In this document: positions 60,360 to 64,000 of the stretch, piece by piece | How positions within the stretch are numbered: the stretch's first letter is position 1 | How the letters are laid out: each line of letters starts with the position of its first letter | Source: Takakia lepidozioides | Lineage: Eukaryota; Plantae; Bryophyta | NCBI GenBank assembly: GCA_030704615.1 | Contig: CM060731.1 | Span: forward strand, 88,722,001 to 88,786,000 | Length of the DNA stretch: 64,000 bases | Direction: 5' to 3' | Notes under the pieces: model-generated | Told to the model about the DNA's origin: nothing | Databases searched by the model: none | What the model saw: only the letters and a program-made list of their open reading frames with translations | Translations under genes and position numbers: made by a program

Positions 60360-63300
60360 AACAAGATGTGGCATCGTGCAAGCCTGGCAGTCCTAGAGAA
60401 GGGCAAAGAGGTGCATGGGGATATCGTCAAAGCTGGAGTTGTACCAAATGTCATTCTAAACACTGCCCTGGCAGCTCTGGAAAAGGGGAAAGAGGTCCAT
60501 GGCGACATCTTCAGAGCTAGAATTGTACCAGCTGTCATTCTGAACAATACCCTGGTGGACATGTTTGCAAAATGTGGGTGCATCTTGGCGAAAAACCGTG
60601 CAAGGATCTGTTCTTGATGTAAGTGAAGAGGGTCGCTCTCAGAAGGGAGTGTACACCGGAAATGTATCAGAAAATGTTTAGTCTTCAGGCTTCCCGCACG
60701 TCGGGCATTGACAGGCTACCTCTCATCTCTGCATCTGTTTGTTTGTTCAAAGGTACACTCCCCGACCTGCATTTCAATTTCAGTCTATTGCCAAGAGTAG
60801 AGAGAGCAAAATGTACTCATATGACGTTTGCCATTGCATTGTGGCCATTTACCCAGTCCGTGCCCAGTTTGGGCGGAACAGGGAGAGGTGTTGTGAGGGA
60901 GAAGTACTCATGATAGCCTTGTGGCCATAGACCCTGCACCCTGATTGGGCAGAATAAAGAGGAGGAGAGAGAGAGTCATGACACTGGTTGCTAAAACCTT
61001 GCCAGCCCTAGACCCCGCCCCAAAGCAGAAGATGGACATGGCGAGGAGGAAACAACAAGTAGGACTGCGAAACCACTTCAATCCATGCCCCATCAAAGGG
61101 ACCTATCTTCATTTACAAAGTCAAAGGAGTGTTCGACACTATGGCTGAACGAGGTGTGGTGTCGTGGAGTGCGGTGCTTGCAGGGTATGCACAGCAGAGA
61201 CGTGGGATGGAGGCTTTGGAGACCTATGAGCAAATGATGTGTGACGGGGTGAAGCCCGACCACATCACGTTTGTGTGCGTTTGGCAGTGCGTGTGCAAGC
61301 CTGGCAGCCCTGGAAACGGGCGAAGAGGGTGCATGTCGACATCGTCAGAGCTGGAATTGTACAAAATGTGATCCTGAACACTTGCCCTGGTGGACGTGTA
61401 TGCCAAATGTGGGTGCATGGAGGATGCAAAGGGAGTGTTCGACAATATTGCTGAATGAGATGTGGTGTCGTGGAATGCAATGATCGCAGGATATGCACAG
61501 CATGGTTGTCATAGGGAGGTCCTGCAACTATTGCAAAAAGAACGGCTTGAAGCAGTTTGTGTTCTCTCTGCATGCAGCCACACTGGCCTTCTGAATGAAG
61601 GAAGACGCTACTTCGATTCCCTGATTCAAGATCATGGTGTCACTCCGACAGTATAGCACTTTGGCTGCATGGTGGACCTTCTTGGACATGCGGGACAACT
61701 GGATGAGGCAGTGGACCTGAACGTGCGGCAACATCTATCCTCAAGTGGAATGAACAGGATGTCGCGACTTATGTTGCTATCAAACATCTATGCTGTAGCT
61801 GGCAGGTGGGTTGATACTGTAAAGGTGAGAAGAATGATGAAGGTCAGAGGGGTTGAAAAGGAGCCAGGTCGCTGTTGCATTGAGGTTTGCAACAGGGTGC
61901 ACACCTTCGTTGTAGATGACAAGTTGCATCCCAGAATTAAGGAAATCCATGCTGAGCTGAGAAGATTGTCTGGGAAGATGAAGGTGATTTGCCAGGAGAC
62001 GTTTTCCAGATTACCTATGATTACCTACAAGAAACCTGCATGGATAGATGGTCAAGTGGAAGCTGCAGCAGCAGCTGCACAATTGATAAAATCAAGCGTT
62101 GCTAATGAAGGCACCTTCTTCAACACATTTCACCCTGTTTTTCCCTCTTATCAGAATCAGCCCTAAATATCCATATTGAATTATGCAAGTTAGCTAGTTG
62201 AGTGAATCTTTGATAGTTTGGAGTGACTTTGACATGATACTCCCAACTGACAACAGGAAAGTATCCTAAAAGAGGTAACAAAGAAGAGGAAAAACTGTGG
62301 AATGAATACTTTTCTGACCCCAGTCAATGGTGGGACAACCGAGGCAAAAAGGTGAATGCAAAAAGGTGAATGCCTGTCAGATTACCTGTCATTCTGAACA
62401 CTATGGCTGAACGAGATGCGATGTCGTGGATTGTGCAGGGTATGCACAGCAGGGGTGCGGGATGGAGGCTTTGGAGACCTATGAGCAAATGATGGGGGAA
62501 GGGGTGAAACCGCCCACATAACGTTTGTGTGCGTTTGCAATGCGTCTGGCAGCCCTGGAAAAGGGCAAGGCAAAGAGATCCCTGGTGACATCATCAAATC
62601 TGTAATTGTACCAGATGACATCCTGAACATTGCTCTGGTGGCCATGTATGCCAAATGTGGGAGCATTGAGGATGCCAAGGGAGTATTCAACACTATGGCT
62701 GAATGAGATGTGGTGTCGTGGAACGCGATGCTTGCAGGGTGTGCAGAGCAGGAGCGCAAGATGGGGCTTTGGAGACCTGAAAGCAGATGATGGGGGAAGG
62801 GGTGAAGCTCGACCACATCATGTTTGTGTGCTTTGCAGTGCGTGTGCAAGCCTGCAGCCATGGAAAAGGGCAAAGAGGTGCATGGTTGCATCACCAAAGC
62901 TGGAATTGTACCGGATGTGATTATGAACAATACCCTTGTGGACATGTATGCCATTGTGGGAGCATTGAGGATGCGGAGGGATTGTTCAACACTATGGCTG
63001 AACGAGGTGGTGTCGAGGAACACGATTCATCCAAGAGGTCAATTTTAAACACAAGATTACTTCTGATTCCCTGCGGATCAATAGCTACAAGAAAGCTGCG
63101 TGGGTAGATGGTCAACTGGAAACAGCAGCGGCAGTAGTGCATTTGATAGAACAAGGCGCTGCTAATGAAGGTACCTTCTTCAACACATTTCAGCCTGTTT
63201 TTCCCTGTTATCATAGTTTTTCCCTGTTTTTTCCTGAATGAGCATGGATAGAGTGTGGGTCCAAATTCATCCAAGAGGGCTGGACTTCAAGCTCCAGATT

Positions 63301-64000
63301 ACCTTGATTCCATGTGGGGGTCAGTAGCTACAAGAAACTTGCATGGGTAGATGGTCAACTAAAGGCAGCAACTGCAGCGGCACAGTTGATAAAATCAGGC
63401 ACCTCAACCATGACCACAGCTTCTGAAAGAGGATCAAGAGAGGGAGTCCACAATGTTTTTCTACTCAACACCCTTGTCAACATGTATGTTATGTGCGGGA
63501 GCATCATTGATGCTCACCAAGTGTTCAACAGAATGCCTCAACGATCTTTGATCACGTGGAATATAATGTTGGCAAGGATGCAATGCGTGTCCAAGCCTGC
63601 GAGATCTGGAAAAGGGGAAAGAGGTCCATGGTGACATTGTCAAAGCTGGAATTGTACCAGATGTCATTCTGAACACTCCCCTGGTGGACATGTATGCCAA
63701 ATGTGGGTGCATTAAGGATGCGAAGGGAGTTTCCATGGCTGAACAAGGTGTGGTGTCGTGGAGTGCGGTGCTTGCAGGGTATGCACAGCAGGGACGTGGT
63801 ATGGAGGCTTTAGAGACCTATGATCAAATGATGGGGGAAGGGGTGAAGCCCAACCACATCACGTTTGTGTACATTTGCAATGTGTGTGCAAGCCTGTCAG
63901 CTCTGGAAAAGGGCAAAGAGGACCATGGTGACATTGTCAGATTTGCAATTGTATCAAATGTCATTCTGAACAATACCCTCGTGGACATGTATGAAGGGAG
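60360..64000 (+). pseudogene. Second cluster of degenerate PLS-PPR (with E/E+ and PG-box region, no DYW) and PDF-motif fragments; continues beyond the window
   Basis: Repeated P-L-S motifs. 61560-61983 reads LSACSHTGLLNEGRRYF..HFGCMVDLLGHAGQLDEA..LLSNIYAVAGRW..VRRMMKVRGVEKEPGRCCIEVCNRVHTFVVDDKLHP. PDF exons lie at about 62005-62110, 62257-62351, 63025-63170 and 63265-63400. Stops and frameshifts occur throughout. Confidence 0.85.

Overview
Eukaryotic nuclear DNA from a land plant, probably a bryophyte or another seed-free lineage. The lineage is inferred from the PLS-class PPR fragments, a replitron, a DNMT-bearing Gypsy element and miR408; the species cannot be fixed from this window. Positions 1-30 kb are gene-dense and intron-rich: a YTHDC1/ECT12-like m6A reader (-), VAP27 (+), a plastid Tas-like aldo-keto reductase (-), RHIP1 (+) with an antisense ABCG pseudogene in one intron, and a trihelix transcription factor (+), plus small TEs. 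Positions 30-64 kb are mostly nested transposons. In order: a head-to-tail non-autonomous Helitron array containing a Tc1/mariner MITE and a tRNA-derived SINE; an 8.9-kb MULE with SWIM transposase, Ulp1 protease and TGTAACCC arrays; an intronless two-repeat orphan gene; a probable copper-regulated miRNA polycistron (two miR408 hairpins and a third hairpin downstream of a promoter with 12 GTAC motifs); a replitron HUH remnant; and a decayed Ty3/Gypsy element. The Gypsy pol region carries a C5 cytosine methyltransferase upstream of RT and a PHD finger after integrase. It is split by a 5.9-kb Pack-CACTA carrying chimeric PLS-PPR and OSB-type PDF-motif gene fragments, and a second cluster of the same chimera runs off the right edge. 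All exon boundaries and family calls were read by eye, without database searches.
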